Source of the DNA: Pseudobdellovibrionaceae bacterium
GTDB taxonomy: Bacteria; Bdellovibrionota; Bdellovibrionia; Bdellovibrionales; Bdellovibrionaceae
DNA: 28,722 bases
Reading direction: 5' to 3'
Assembly: GCA_041288045.1 (NCBI GenBank)
Contig: JBGGMM010000176.1
Coordinates: 1-28,722 of the forward strand
Part shown: piece after piece, positions 17,505 through 28,313 of the stretch
How the letters are laid out: each line of letters begins with the position of its first letter
How positions within the stretch are numbered: position 1 is the first letter of the stretch
Notes under the pieces: model-generated
Databases searched by the model: none
Seen by the model: the letters and a program-made list of their open reading frames with translations, nothing else
What the model was told of the DNA's origin: nothing
Made by a program: the position numbers and the translations under genes

Positions 17505-17815
17505 GCCGTCGCGGGATACGTGCATCCATGCAATCGAGGCAGGCCTGATCATGATCGGCAGTTCAAAAAAATAAAAACAGTTCGTCGAATAAATGCCGCA
17601 GCGTTTTCTGAACGCCGCTGCAGTTAGGTTCGTTCAAGCACTCTAGTTATCGTCTGCCTATAATCGAACGCTCAAGTGAGTACAGTCTCGCATCACAAAG
17701 AAATAACTGTCTTAAAAAACTTGCCAGACGACCACGATGGTCGTCTGGGAGCCTTCGCATGGATGGACCCACCGACAATTACACCCGTCACAGCTGTGCT
17801 CGAGACTCTCCCGAG
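17505..17815. repeat. Palindrome-rich intergenic repeat element, copy 2
   Basis: Hairpin CCAGACGACCA-CGA-TGGTCGTCTGG at 17724-17748. A 91-nt block and several short modules are shared with 4104-4462 in the opposite orientation. Confidence 0.85.
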
Positions 17816-20800
17816 TCACAAATTCCGACGGTACTGCCCACCCACTTCATAAAGTGCTTGCGACATCTGAAACAAAGAGCAAACCCGAGCCGCGGACATC
17901 AGAGCTTCAAAAATATTCTTGCCTGTCAGCACAGCGTCTTTCAGTTTCGCCAGCTCCCGAGAAGCTTCGGAATTATGATCCTTCTGATACTTGCGCACAT
18001 TTTCAAGCTGCTGATTCTTTTCATTATAAGAAGCACGAGCCAGCTCAATTTTCGGCCGTACGTAGTCGGCTTCAAGGGTGGCAGGATCAATAAAAGTATT
18101 CACCCCGATAATCGGAAGTTCGCCTGAGTGCTTGAGATGCTCGTAATAAAGAGACTCCTCTTGGATCTTCGATCGTTGATACTGAGTCTCCATCGCCCCC
18201 AGCACCCCGCCACGCTCATTGATCTTCATAAATTCATCGAGCACAGCTTCTTCAACCAAATCCGTGAGCTCATCCATAAAGTAGGAACCCTGCATCGGAT
18301 TTTCGTTTTTGCTCATGCCGAATTCGCGATTGATAATCATCTGAATGGCCATGGCTCGTCGGACACTGCTCTCTGTGGGCGTGGTGATTGCCTCATCATA
18401 GGCATTCGTATGAAGGCTGTTGCAATTGTCATAAAGAGCAATCAACGCCTGCAGAGTCGTTCGAATGTCGTTGAAATCAATCTCTTGCGCATGCAGCGAG
18501 CGACCACTGGTCTGAATATGATATTTGAGCTTTTGCGAGCGATCATTGCCCTTATAGAGATCCCGCATCGCAACCGCCCAAATCCGCCTGGCCACTCTTC
18601 CAAGCACCGCATACTCTGGATCCAGTCCATTGCTGAAAAAGAAAGAAAGATTCGGAGCAAAGTCATCAATCTTAAGACCTCGCGCCAAATAGTACTCAAC
18701 AAAAGTAAATCCATTCGAAAGAGTGAAAGCCAGCTGACTGATCGGATTCGCCCCAGCCTCCGCAATGTGATAGCCAGAAATACTCACGGAATAAAAATTT
18801 CTCACCGCTTTTTTGGTAAAGTACTCCTGAATATCCCCCATCATTTTCAGCGCAAAATTGATCGAGAAAATACAAGTGTTCTGTCCTTGATCCTCTTTCA
18901 GAATATCGGCTTGAACAGTTCCTCGCACTTGCTGCAAAGTCCATTCTTTGAGCTTCTCGTGCTCTTCAGTCGAAAGCTTTCGTCCCAGCTCTTTTTCTTT
19001 CTTCTCTACTTGCTGATCAATGGCCGTATTGAAATAAAAAGCCAAAATCATCGGCGCGGGTCCATTGATGGTCATACTGACAGACGTCGAAGGCGAGCAA
19101 AGATCAAATCCCGCATAGAGCTTTTTCATATCTTCGAGTGTGCAAATGCTCACACCACTCTCGCCGACCTTGCCAAAAATATCGGGTCTGGGATCAGGAT
19201 CCTGACCATACAAAGTCACGCTGTCAAAAGCCGTGGAAAGCCTCTGCGCTGGCTCCCCTTTGCAAAGATAATGAAAGCGCTTATTCGTGCGCTCTGGTGT
19301 GCCCTCGCCAGCAAACATCCGCTTGGGATCTTCATCGGCGCGTTTCAGCTGAAAAACTCCAGCTGTATAAGGAAATTCTCCTGGCACATTCTCAAGCTTG
19401 AGGTATTTAAAGCGATCACCCCAATCGGCAACCTGCGGCACCACCACTCGGCGGATTTTAGTTCCCGATAAACTGGTGCGCACCAAGGGCTGCCTGATTT
19501 CTTTTTCACGAACTTTGAACACCAGCTCATCTTTGGCGTAAGTCTCTTGCAGCTTTTCAAAATTCTCTAAACTTTGAATTTCTTCCGAAGTGAAGTCCTG
19601 CTGAAGCTCTTTGTTGAGCTTTTCAATTTGAGCTGCTTCAAGTTTCAAAAGGGGTGATAGCTTTTTGACGGCACCCAACTGCGAAGCTTTTTCTGCCAAA
19701 GTTTCCGTTCGCTGTTTGTACTTTCGAACAGAGGTCGTGATTTCAGCCAGATAATTTTGTCTTTCAGGCGGAATGATCACATTCTCATCAGCCGATAAAA
19801 TATCATTGCGGTATTTTTGCGAAAGCTCCCAACCCGACTCTTTGCTCGCCAAAAGATCCACCAGAGCAAAGAAAAGCTTATTCACTCCCCCATCATTAAA
19901 CTGCGAAGCCTGCGTAAGAAACACCGGGACCTCGACCGAATTGTCGAAAATCTTTCGCGACCGGCGGTATTGTTTCGCCACATCACGAACGGCATCCTGA
20001 GCGCCTCTGCGATCCGCCTTATTCACCGCAATCAAATCCGCAAAATCAATCATATCAATTTTTTCAAGCTGCGATTGCGCCCCGAAATCCGAAGTCATCA
20101 CATACATAGAGAGATCACTGACCTCGGTGATGGCCATATTGCCCTGACCGATCCCCGAAGTTTCAGCGATAATCAAATCAAAATCCAATTGACGGCAAAA
20201 ATCCAAAATCAGCGGCAGGCTCGAAGCAATCTCCCGACCCGAGCCGCGAGAAGCCACCGAGCGCATAAAAGCTTTTGGTCGCGAAAGAGAATTCATACGA
20301 ATTCGGTCACCCAAAAGTGATCCACCGGTTTTTCGCTTGGAAGGATCCACACAGACCACGCCGATTTTTTTATCAGGAAAAGCGTTTAAGTAGCGCTGAA
20401 CCAATTCGTCAATCAAAGAGGACTTTCCAGCTCCACCAGTGCCGGTGATCCCAAGCACCAAGGGCTTTCCCGTCTTGCGGGCAAAGGAACCCAATTTGAA
20501 TTCTTTCAAATCTGGAAGCTTTTGATTGTTTTCAACAAAAGTCAGTGCCTGCCCCAGCTCCGCACTGGGAATCGGATCAATAGATTCTGAATTTTTCTTG
20601 GCAGAGAATTTTTTTCGCGCCTCTTGCAAGTCAAAATCAAGGCCCTCAACGATCATATTGATCATGCCTTCAAGGCCCAACCTGCGACCGTCATCAGGAT
20701 GAAAAATCTGCGAGATGCCGTAAGCTTCAAGCTCTTTTTTCTCATCGTGAACGATCACTCCGCCGCCGCCGCCGTAAATTTTCACATAGCCAGCACCGGC

Positions 20801-21091
20801 CTCATCCAGGAGATCCTTCATGTATTTGAAGTACTCCATATGACCGCCCTGATAAGAGCTCACGCAAATACCCTGGGCACCTTCTTGCAAAGCGGCCTTG
20901 ACCACATCATGAACAGAGCGGTTGTGACCCAAGTGAATGACTTCGGCGCCAAATTCCTGCAGCAAGCGGCGAATGATATTGATGCTAGCATCATGACCGT
21001 CAAACAGGCTGGCGGCGGTGACGATGCGAATGGGATTTTTCGGTTGATGGCGTTTGAAAGTCGTCATTTGCGATTTGATCTCGGGTTTCAT
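17816..21091 (-). CDS. icmF: Fused isobutyryl-CoA mutase/GTPase IcmF
   Basis: 1091 aa with N-terminal B12-binding domain ([20 protein letters not shown]), MeaB-like GTPase ([25 protein letters not shown]) and mutase barrel ([25 protein letters not shown]). Confidence 0.95.
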   Translation of the reverse strand: MKPEIKSQMTTFKRHQPKNPIRIVTAASLFDGHDASINIIRRLLQEFGAEVIHLGHNRSVHDVVKAALQEGAQGICVSSYQGGHMEYFKYMKDLLDEAGAGYVKIYGGGGGVIVHDEKKELEAYGISQIFHPDDGRRLGLEGMINMIVEGLDFDLQEARKKFSAKKNSESIDPIPSAELGQALTFVENNQKLPDLKEFKLGSFARKTGKPLVLGITGTGGAGKSSLIDELVQRYLNAFPDKKIGVVCVDPSKRKTGGSLLGDRIRMNSLSRPKAFMRSVASRGSGREIASSLPLILDFCRQLDFDLIIAETSGIGQGNMAITEVSDLSMYVMTSDFGAQSQLEKIDMIDFADLIAVNKADRRGAQDAVRDVAKQYRRSRKIFDNSVEVPVFLTQASQFNDGGVNKLFFALVDLLASKESGWELSQKYRNDILSADENVIIPPERQNYLAEITTSVRKYKQRTETLAEKASQLGAVKKLSPLLKLEAAQIEKLNKELQQDFTSEEIQSLENFEKLQETYAKDELVFKVREKEIRQPLVRTSLSGTKIRRVVVPQVADWGDRFKYLKLENVPGEFPYTAGVFQLKRADEDPKRMFAGEGTPERTNKRFHYLCKGEPAQRLSTAFDSVTLYGQDPDPRPDIFGKVGESGVSICTLEDMKKLYAGFDLCSPSTSVSMTINGPAPMILAFYFNTAIDQQVEKKEKELGRKLSTEEHEKLKEWTLQQVRGTVQADILKEDQGQNTCIFSINFALKMMGDIQEYFTKKAVRNFYSVSISGYHIAEAGANPISQLAFTLSNGFTFVEYYLARGLKIDDFAPNLSFFFSNGLDPEYAVLGRVARRIWAVAMRDLYKGNDRSQKLKYHIQTSGRSLHAQEIDFNDIRTTLQALIALYDNCNSLHTNAYDEAITTPTESSVRRAMAIQMIINREFGMSKNENPMQGSYFMDELTDLVEEAVLDEFMKINERGGVLGAMETQYQRSKIQEESLYYEHLKHSGELPIIGVNTFIDPATLEADYVRPKIELARASYNEKNQQLENVRKYQKDHNSEASRELAKLKDAVLTGKNIFEALMSAARVCSLFQMSQALYEVGGQYRRNL

Positions 21092-21876
21092 AGTCCTTGA
21101 AACTGAGCCTTTCTTTTTTCAATAAAAGCGCTGGTGCCCTCTTTGACATCTTTGGTGGTAAAGAGCTGCGCAAAAGCCGCCGCCTCCACCGCCATGGCCG
21201 AATCAATGTCATGATCATAGGCCGTCATGATGGATTGCTTGGCAGCACCCACTGCGACTGGCCCTCGAGTGGCAATCGTTTCAGCCACTTTTTTCACTGC
21301 TGGCAAAAGCTCAGCCTGTGGCAACACTTGGTTCACCAAACCCATTTCAAACGCGTCACTAGCTGATACCATCTGACCAGTAAAGATCCACTCTTTCGCT
21401 TTTGGCAATCCCAAAACACGGGTCAAACGAACTGTTCCGCCAAATCCCGGAATCAATCCCAAAGTCACTTCTGGCAAACCAAATTTGGCATTTTCAGAAG
21501 CGTAAATAAAATCACAAGCCAGCGCGAGCTCAAGACCACCACCCAAAGCAAAGCCATTGACCGCGGCAATCACTGGGATCTGAAGATTCTCTAGCTTGCG
21601 AAAAACGGCCTGGCCTTTTTCAGCAAATTTTCTAGAAAGATCCAAACCCAACTGACTGATCTCTTTGATGTCCGCGCCAGCCACAAAAGCTTTTTCACCA
21701 CTGCCAGTGACAATCAGACATTTCGCTTCTTGAAAGTTTTTTTCTGAAATCCATGAAAGAGCTTCTGAAAGCTCCTGCAGAACTTTGGAATTAAGCGCAT
21801 TGAGAGATTCGGGTCTTTGAATAGTCAAAGTCCAAATTGAATTTTGATTTTCTAGTTTGAGAGTTTCGAAATTCAT
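21088..21876 (-). CDS. crt: Enoyl-CoA hydratase (crotonase)
   Basis: [46 protein letters not shown] overlaps with both neighbours. Confidence 0.9.
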   Translation of the reverse strand: MNFETLKLENQNSIWTLTIQRPESLNALNSKVLQELSEALSWISEKNFQEAKCLIVTGSGEKAFVAGADIKEISQLGLDLSRKFAEKGQAVFRKLENLQIPVIAAVNGFALGGGLELALACDFIYASENAKFGLPEVTLGLIPGFGGTVRLTRVLGLPKAKEWIFTGQMVSASDAFEMGLVNQVLPQAELLPAVKKVAETIATRGPVAVGAAKQSIMTAYDHDIDSAMAVEAAAFAQLFTTKDVKEGTSAFIEKRKAQFQGL

Positions 21877-22727
21877 TTTTTGGCCTCGTAAGTGTAAAAG
21901 CCCCGGCCCGTTTTTCGACCCAGCCATCCAGCTTCAACATATTTCACCAAAAGCGGGCAAGGTCGGTATTTGGAATCCCCCAGGCCCTCATGCAGAACAT
22001 TCATAATCGCCAGACATGTATCCAAGCCGATGAAATCCGCCAAAGTCAGTGGCCCCATGGGCTGATTGGTTCCCAGCTTCATGGCACTATCGATACTTTC
22101 AACAGAAGCAATTCCCTCGTGCAAGGTATAAACAGCTTCATTGATCATTGGCATGAGAATGCGATTGACGATAAAGCCGGGCATGTCTTTGGTGCTTTCG
22201 ACAAATGTTTTATCCAGCTTTTCAGCCAAAGCCCGCACTTGCGCAAAAGTCTCATCCGAAGTCTGAAGTCCGCGAATCCCCTCCACCAGTTTCATCAAAG
22301 GCACGGGATTCATAAAATGCATCCCAGCCACTTTGTCTGGGCGCTTGGTCACAGCTGCAATTTTTGTAATAGAAATCGAAGAGGTGTTCGAACAGAGAAG
22401 CGCTCCAGGTTTCACAACCTGATCCAGATCTTTGAAAATTTTAAGCTTCAGATCGATGTTTTCTGTGGCTGCTTCAATCACCACATCGCAATCTTTCAGA
22501 CCTGCAAGTCCTTCGGAAGTTTTGATTTTGCTGAGAAGAGTTTTTTTCTGATCTTCGCTGAAGCCACCTTTTTTGATCAGGCGGTCACAGCTGGATGAAA
22601 TCGTCGCCAGGCCCTTTTCAAGCGCCGCTGCTGAAATATCTGACATGATGACATTGTAACCAAACTGGGCTGCCACTTGGGCGATTCCGTTCCCCATTTG
22701 ACCTGCGCCAACAACTCCGATCAACAT
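21873..22727 (-). CDS. hbd: 3-hydroxybutyryl-CoA dehydrogenase
   Basis: GAGQMGNGIA, IEAATEN, SNTSSISIT, GMHFMNPVP, PGFIVNR, PMGPL, GWLGRKTGRGFY; GAAGGAG SD before ATG 22727. Confidence 0.95.
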   Translation of the reverse strand: MLIGVVGAGQMGNGIAQVAAQFGYNVIMSDISAAALEKGLATISSSCDRLIKKGGFSEDQKKTLLSKIKTSEGLAGLKDCDVVIEAATENIDLKLKIFKDLDQVVKPGALLCSNTSSISITKIAAVTKRPDKVAGMHFMNPVPLMKLVEGIRGLQTSDETFAQVRALAEKLDKTFVESTKDMPGFIVNRILMPMINEAVYTLHEGIASVESIDSAMKLGTNQPMGPLTLADFIGLDTCLAIMNVLHEGLGDSKYRPCPLLVKYVEAGWLGRKTGRGFYTYEAKK

Positions 22728-22821
22728 AGAATCTCCTTCATTTGAAAGGCTTTCTTTTTCCCATAGAAAAAGCAGCTCTGTCACTGGGGATTTCAGAGGC
22801 GATTTAACGCAAGGCAAGCTC

Positions 22822-23862
22822 TTAAAGAAAGTTGCTGTTCAGACGGAAAATCAGCAGGGCTTCATCGTTCTGGCGCTCAGGTGATTCGGTGTTTTTATTG
22901 GCCCATAAGGTCACCATGCTCAAGCGATCCGCCGATGAGACCGAGATTCCAAGCCCTGTGGATTTCATGACTGTGGATTCCTCTTTGGTGTTGGCTTGGG
23001 AGTGCTCATAGCGCATCAGCAAATTCAGATCCCCGCCCAAATTGGCGCAAATGTCCAAATGTCCCCAGGCATAGGGATTTTTCTCATCCCCTTGCAGGAT
23101 TTCACCACGACCGCCTTCGAGCAAAACCAAATGTCTTTTCCATTTTCGATAGACGGCCAGACTCCCATGGCGAAACTTAGCTGAATCATTGGGGTCAAAC
23201 TGAAAACCAAAATCAGTCGTTGAAGCCAAGGATCCAGTGGTGGACTTTTCATCGGTGCGGCCCACTTGCGCCGTCATGAGAAGGCCATAGCCCTGAGGGT
23301 TGAGATAGCGCCAAAGACCGGCCACCCACATTTTTTGATCCAAGTTGCTTCCCGATTCGCCATTGTAAACGGTCAAAGACGTCATCCAGGGTTTCGTCTC
23401 CGCTTTCAGTTCGACGCCATAGTCCCGCCGAGTGAACCAACGCTGATGGCGGACTCGGGTTTCAGGCAAGCTCCACTCCCATTCAGGAAAAGCCCCTTCA
23501 TAGCCAATCGGAATCGGCAAAAGCCCCGCTCGAACATCAAAATAGGGAGTTTTTGCTTTCACAGTCGCTTGCACCATTTGCACTTGTCCCGTCAGCGCTG
23601 GGTACCAAATGGCCGGCTCCACCAGATCCGCTGTCCCGAAACTGATCTCACCGCTGAGACTTTCGTCGCGCTTCCACTCAAACCCAATCCAAGATTCGCG
23701 CAATTCAAAACCGCCAGTGCTTGGCTCCTGGACTCGAGCCCGGGGTGAAAGAGAGAATTCAGAAAATTCAAATGTCCCCATTTGCTCCCCGACAGCCCAA
23801 AGCGACTGCGGAAGCAAAGCGATGACGAGAATGAGAGGAAAAGCGGTCCATTTTAATTTCAC
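22822..23862 (-). CDS. Putative outer-membrane beta-barrel/porin-like protein
   Basis: GTG 23862 gives a signal peptide ending QSLWA. Amphipathic beta-strand pattern; VRAG..PIPIGYE, RDYGV and YNGE are reminiscent of OprO/P-like porins. Confidence 0.6.
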   Translation of the reverse strand: MKLKWTAFPLILVIALLPQSLWAVGEQMGTFEFSEFSLSPRARVQEPSTGGFELRESWIGFEWKRDESLSGEISFGTADLVEPAIWYPALTGQVQMVQATVKAKTPYFDVRAGLLPIPIGYEGAFPEWEWSLPETRVRHQRWFTRRDYGVELKAETKPWMTSLTVYNGESGSNLDQKMWVAGLWRYLNPQGYGLLMTAQVGRTDEKSTTGSLASTTDFGFQFDPNDSAKFRHGSLAVYRKWKRHLVLLEGGRGEILQGDEKNPYAWGHLDICANLGGDLNLLMRYEHSQANTKEESTVMKSTGLGISVSSADRLSMVTLWANKNTESPERQNDEALLIFRLNSNFL

Positions 23863-23958
23863 TTTCCCAGTGTAAAGAAAAGCTGGCTCTTTGAGGAGGG
23901 TGACCCGGCGTTTTCTGGCCTTGAGGGAAGGCCTTTCCCCTTTCAAACTAGAAAAAGA

Positions 23959-25278
23959 ATGCGCCCTTGTCATTTTCTCAGTTTGCCCCTTCTTTTTGTG
24001 CTGCTCTCAAGCTCTCATGCCGCAATGGAAAAAAGCTTGGCTGTGAAATTCTATAAAAATCCGAAAAGTCCCTTTCCATCTGGCGAAGCCAATCGCAAAG
24101 ACCTTGAAAAAAACTGGGTGCAAGATTTCGCCGAATACTCTTATCTGGTGCAAAAAGAAAAACGTCAGTTTTGGGTGAAATCCACCTCGATCGCCAGAGA
24201 CCTGCAATTGAGCCGATTTGTTTTTTCCAGTCGCAATCAAAAAACCTATAGGGTCCTGCAAACCTCCAATGATTCTTTGCTGGCGATCGCTGAGAACAGC
24301 ACAACTCCAGAATGGCTACCTCTTTCGGATCTGACACCTTTGCCCCAGGACACCGGTTGCGCTTGGACACTGACAAGCACACAGCTTCGCGAAAGTCCCT
24401 CATGGAAAAGCGATTCCGTCTTGAGCGTCCCTGCCGGAAGCCGATTGGTGATTCAGAAAGTCGATGACACTTGGGCTCTGGTCACTTTTGAATCCGTGGG
24501 CCGAATCACGGGCTGGGTGGATTTGAACAATCTTCTTCTGAAGCACGACTTTGCAGCTTTTGCCCTCATTGACAAGCAGACCTGGACCCCCGTCCTTTAT
24601 CGCGAAGGGGCCGATTTGATCACTTCAGAGAAAAAGCGAATTCCTCTCTCTGAAATCAAAGGCTTGATCACAAAACCAGATCTTGGCATTTCCATTGTCA
24701 CCAGCGACAGTGAAAAATTGCTGCTTCGACAAAATTTGACTTTGCTCAAAACTGATTTTCAAACTTGGAGTCTTTCCAAAATTTCTGGTCACGGCGATGT
24801 CTATTGGCGCAAAACGACGACTGCGACTGCAGCCGAAGCGCATCTGGCTGATGGAATTTCCATCGAAGAATTGATGAAACGCGAAGTGGTTTCGGTTTCA
24901 TTTCACCCCAAAAACCCCAATCTCGCCTTGGCTTCTGCTCAGGGAATTTTTCTCACGACTGATGGAAAAACCTGGAACAAACTTTTGAATTTCAAAAACC
25001 AGGATTTCCCGGTTCTCGTCGATTCGGATTCGAATCTTTATGTGGGATCTCAGCGAAGCAGCGATCTGGGGCTCAAGTTTTTTCCTTTTTTCCGCTGGGA
25101 AAATCTCACCCCTCTCTTGGAACAAAGGCAGAAAAGAGCAGTTCAAGAATTAAAAATCCGCCAACTTTCCAGCCCGCGTCCAGGCATTTTGCGCATGGAA
25201 GTCGAAACCAATGCCGGCCGCGTGGCTCTCGCCGCTCGAACCCAGGCCTCAATCATTCAAAAATGGGATTTTGACTGA
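23959..25278 (+). CDS. Secreted SH3b-domain protein with C-terminal BNR/propeller-like blades
   Basis: Signal peptide ending SSHA; LRESPS...VPAGSRL...WALV...GWV (SH3b); FHPKNPN...TTDGKTW and SSDLGLKF (Asp-box-like). Confidence 0.75.
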   Translation: MRPCHFLSLPLLFVLLSSSHAAMEKSLAVKFYKNPKSPFPSGEANRKDLEKNWVQDFAEYSYLVQKEKRQFWVKSTSIARDLQLSRFVFSSRNQKTYRVLQTSNDSLLAIAENSTTPEWLPLSDLTPLPQDTGCAWTLTSTQLRESPSWKSDSVLSVPAGSRLVIQKVDDTWALVTFESVGRITGWVDLNNLLLKHDFAAFALIDKQTWTPVLYREGADLITSEKKRIPLSEIKGLITKPDLGISIVTSDSEKLLLRQNLTLLKTDFQTWSLSKISGHGDVYWRKTTTATAAEAHLADGISIEELMKREVVSVSFHPKNPNLALASAQGIFLTTDGKTWNKLLNFKNQDFPVLVDSDSNLYVGSQRSSDLGLKFFPFFRWENLTPLLEQRQKRAVQELKIRQLSSPRPGILRMEVETNAGRVALAARTQASIIQKWDFD

Positions 25279-25467
25279 TATTCAAAACACTTAGCTTTCA
25301 TTTTTCCCTCTCTCTGAGGGACAAATTTTGTCATTCTCATTTGTGATTTTTTTCATTTCGCTTTCAATCTCCCATTCTTTCGGAGGAATTCTGCCCTTCT
25401 GGTTGTCTTTTATTTAAAAAGTCACTATGTAAGCACTAAATAAAACTCTCTTCGTCCTGGAGGCAAA

Positions 25468-26427
25468 ATGATTCAACGCATTTTTCTAATACTGATGACG
25501 ACAATTTTTTTTCAAGCCTCCCAGGCAAAAATCCTCATTGGACACGAAGGCAATGGCGGCGAGAATGTCGAAGCTTTTTTTATTAAAAAAGGGAAAAATA
25601 TCCTGACAGTTCTCTCCTCTTCAAACTCTGGAAATAATTTTCTCGCCAAACACTCTTTGAATTACAAGGCTCTTTCGGACACTTTGGAAGCCTCTCGCAT
25701 TGAGACCAGCAAACAACCTCTGAAAGACGTCAATGGCCAAGAGGTCGCAGCCATCGGTGAAAAAGGCCGAATCATTCTCAGCGAAAGCCGCTGGGACGAA
25801 TACGTTCAGAACGGCCAAGATGTGGATCAGTTGGTATTTCACGAAATGCTCCGAAGCGCTGGAGTCAACGATGACAACTATCGAATTTCGGAACTGATCA
25901 GCCCTCTTTCTCAATTTTTTGGTTCTGAAGATAAATTTCGACTGTCCAACTACATTCGCCCTGAGAAAATTCAAATTAAGGTCGGCAGCAAATTTTTTGA
26001 AGGCGACACCACATTCGTCCGAGTGAATGATATTTCACGCACCGTGGAAATTCTGATGCCGCAAACTTTTGTCAGATCAGGCGAAATCGTCGACTATCAT
26101 ATCAATATTTCCTTCGCGAACCTTTATTCGCAACAAGTAAAAATCAAAGAAGTGAAATACGATTTTGCCGGTCGACTTTCAGTTGCATCGATCGTTCGTT
26201 TTGAAAGAGCCGTTTATAATGACAGCTCAGAAGGGACGTCTTCATTTCAAGCTAACGCTCACAGTCTGAACGATTTGGATGAAAGTGGACGATCGTTCAG
26301 CGACAGTCTTAATTTGGCCACTGATTCATCTGAAAGACTGCATTGGAAAGCCAAGCTTGGATTTCAAAACGGTCCTGCTACCAGCCGTATGAATCTTGAA
26401 AAAATCGTTTTTTCTTTCGATTTTTAA
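25468..26427 (+). CDS. Secreted hypothetical protein with an N-terminal GNGG motif
   Basis: GGAGG SD, signal peptide ending ASQA, GHEGNGG, LVFHEMLRSAGVNDDNYRIS. Confidence 0.75.
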   Translation: MIQRIFLILMTTIFFQASQAKILIGHEGNGGENVEAFFIKKGKNILTVLSSSNSGNNFLAKHSLNYKALSDTLEASRIETSKQPLKDVNGQEVAAIGEKGRIILSESRWDEYVQNGQDVDQLVFHEMLRSAGVNDDNYRISELISPLSQFFGSEDKFRLSNYIRPEKIQIKVGSKFFEGDTTFVRVNDISRTVEILMPQTFVRSGEIVDYHINISFANLYSQQVKIKEVKYDFAGRLSVASIVRFERAVYNDSSEGTSSFQANAHSLNDLDESGRSFSDSLNLATDSSERLHWKAKLGFQNGPATSRMNLEKIVFSFDF

Positions 26428-26447
26428 GTTCCGGAAAAGTTTCTAAA

Positions 26448-26482
26448 AAGGCGCCCAGAAAGGGCGTCTTGGCCATTTTTTT
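26448..26482 (+). terminator. Possible terminator hairpin
   Basis: AAGGCGCCC-AGAAA-GGGCGTCTT about 20 nt after the stop codon; the T-tract is offset by 5 nt. Confidence 0.45.
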
Positions 26483-26509
26483 GACAGCCCGTTTGGCTTT
26501 TCCTGCAAT
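26481..26509 (+). promoter_or_regulatory. Putative sigma70 promoter
   Basis: TTGACA-N17-TGCAAT upstream of ATG 26545. Confidence 0.45.
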
Positions 26510-26544
26510 ACAGCCAGGCCCTGAATTCGCATCCAGAGCCTGGA

Positions 26545-27876
26545 ATGAACACAATCACTTTTTGTCTTTTATCTGTTTTGGCATTGATTTTGGTCTCTCC
26601 CCAGACTCTGAGAGCCCAGCAATCCTGCAGCAAGGTTCATTTCACGCAAGCCCAACAAGCACCTCTACCCTTCACAATGGAGCAATTGGAAGCTCGTTTT
26701 CAGGAGCGATACGGAGTGCTGGTGAACTACTCCCACCTGACCCCGGATAAAAAATTATTTATCGTTGAGACTGATGATGGAGTAAAAATCGTTCACGCAG
26801 AATCCGGACTTCTTCTCAAGCAATTTTACTCAAAGTATGATTCTCTTCCTGCAATAACCGGCACACTTGGAATGCTTCGCCTGGAAGGCATTATCAGTCG
26901 CGCTGTTTTAATCACTCCAGACAGTCGATATTTAGTTGTCCTCCGCGGAAATATACTCACAACCATCGATCTGCGAACTTTTGAAGAGGTCGGGTTTCAA
27001 ATGGAACGAAATATTGGCGACGACCCAAGCGTTCCATGGGCTCGGGTGGAAGTCGAATTGCACATTTCTGAAGTCACCATGAGCCAAGATGGACGGCATG
27101 TGGAAACCATCGGTCCGGTCTCTCGACAGAGATACTTCCTTCCTCATTTGCAAAAAGCGGAGCCAGGCGAGGCTTCTCCACCAGCATTTCCAACCGAATT
27201 TATCAACAATCCGGGCCCCCAATTTGATATCAACCCAGTTCTCACTCATGGACCTTTTCGTGAAATGTACAGGCTCAACCCCAACGTATTCCCCACTAAA
27301 AAGAGCCCAGACGGCCGCTTAGAAATTGCCTATGGCCGCGCCAAATCGGGTCCTGGTTATATTTTACAAGTCAAAGATCTCATCAAAAAGGAAACCAAAG
27401 CCCTGCGCTTTCCAGGAGATCCCTTGGGATTTCATGATGTCATTATCAGCCACGACAACCGCTATGCGGGAATGATTCGAAATAACAAAGTGATGGTTTT
27501 GGATTTGAAAACGAGCCGCTCGATATTTGAATATTCCGTTCCAGATTCGCAGGCTCTTCGGGGAGTTCATTTTTATGCCCCAGGGATGAAGTTTGAGTTC
27601 TCACCAGATAGCTCCAGTTTGCTCTTAGGGAAAGTGCTCCTGCATTTCAATGAAAGACAAGGGATTAATAAGTATCCACTTGATCCGGGAGTCATTTCCA
27701 TTCTGCCAGCAGTGGGTGATCGGTTTTCAGGAGATGACCTTTTCGTTAAAGGTCAGCAGGCACCTCTGAAATGGAAAAATCTTGGACGCAAATTCTACAG
27801 TTTTGATGAAGCTTATAAGCTGCGCGGATACAGCTCGACCGCTCGTACGACCATTTACCAAGACGGACTGCCTTAA
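26545..27876 (+). CDS. Secreted hypothetical protein with WD40/beta-propeller-like repeats
   Basis: Signal peptide ending LRA; repeated ITPDSRYL, MSQDGRHV, SPDGRL, ISHDNRYA, FSPDSSSL turns. Confidence 0.65.
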   Translation: MNTITFCLLSVLALILVSPQTLRAQQSCSKVHFTQAQQAPLPFTMEQLEARFQERYGVLVNYSHLTPDKKLFIVETDDGVKIVHAESGLLLKQFYSKYDSLPAITGTLGMLRLEGIISRAVLITPDSRYLVVLRGNILTTIDLRTFEEVGFQMERNIGDDPSVPWARVEVELHISEVTMSQDGRHVETIGPVSRQRYFLPHLQKAEPGEASPPAFPTEFINNPGPQFDINPVLTHGPFREMYRLNPNVFPTKKSPDGRLEIAYGRAKSGPGYILQVKDLIKKETKALRFPGDPLGFHDVIISHDNRYAGMIRNNKVMVLDLKTSRSIFEYSVPDSQALRGVHFYAPGMKFEFSPDSSSLLLGKVLLHFNERQGINKYPLDPGVISILPAVGDRFSGDDLFVKGQQAPLKWKNLGRKFYSFDEAYKLRGYSSTARTTIYQDGLP

Positions 27877-27883
27877 TCATTTT

Positions 27884-28177
27884 TCAGTTCGTACTTTGCG
27901 TCTGAGGGACTTTCATTCCCTTCAAAAAAACCAACTGATTTTTCTCGCGATCAACGCAGAAATAGAGAAAAATCAGCTCTTGGCAATTGATTTTGAGCTC
28001 ATAGATATTGTCTTCCATACGAATGACGGAATGCCAATCCCCCTGACAGAGATTGCGAATTTTCTTTAAAATCAATTCGCGATCGGCATCTGCTAAAGCT
28101 AGAATCCAATCGTCCAAAGACTCAGTGTCCGGAGACGGCGGTCCGTAGGAATAGTCATGATATATAGGTACTGTCAT
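27884..28177 (-). CDS. RelE/ParE-superfamily (HigB/HI1419-like) toxin homologue, divergent
   Basis: DDWILAL.D...ILKKIRNL..GDW..V.....IYELKIN.....LYF......LVFLKG parallels the addiction-module killer pattern. Confidence 0.6.
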   Translation of the reverse strand: MTVPIYHDYSYGPPSPDTESLDDWILALADADRELILKKIRNLCQGDWHSVIRMEDNIYELKINCQELIFLYFCVDREKNQLVFLKGMKVPQTQSTN

Positions 28178-28241
28178 CCCCTGACTATGGCCCATTTTCG
28201 GCCCTTTTGCCAAAGCTCGACACGTCTTGCAGATTCGATTT

Positions 28242-28261
28242 TGAGGACGCTTTTGTCCTCA
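28242..28261. promoter_or_regulatory. Palindromic operator-like site between divergent genes
   Basis: TGAGGAC-N6-GTCCTCA, a perfect 7-bp inverted repeat. Confidence 0.45.
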
Positions 28262-28313
28262 TTTAAATCGATAGACATTGCCTTTTTTGCTCATTTTGGA
28301 TAGAAGTAGGGAC

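Noticed and set aside
18128..19471. 447-aa plus-strand ORF and other long antisense ORFs (9317-10009, 13610-14311, 21990-22598)
   Set aside because: They are shadows of well-conserved genes on the opposite strand and show no recognisable motifs.
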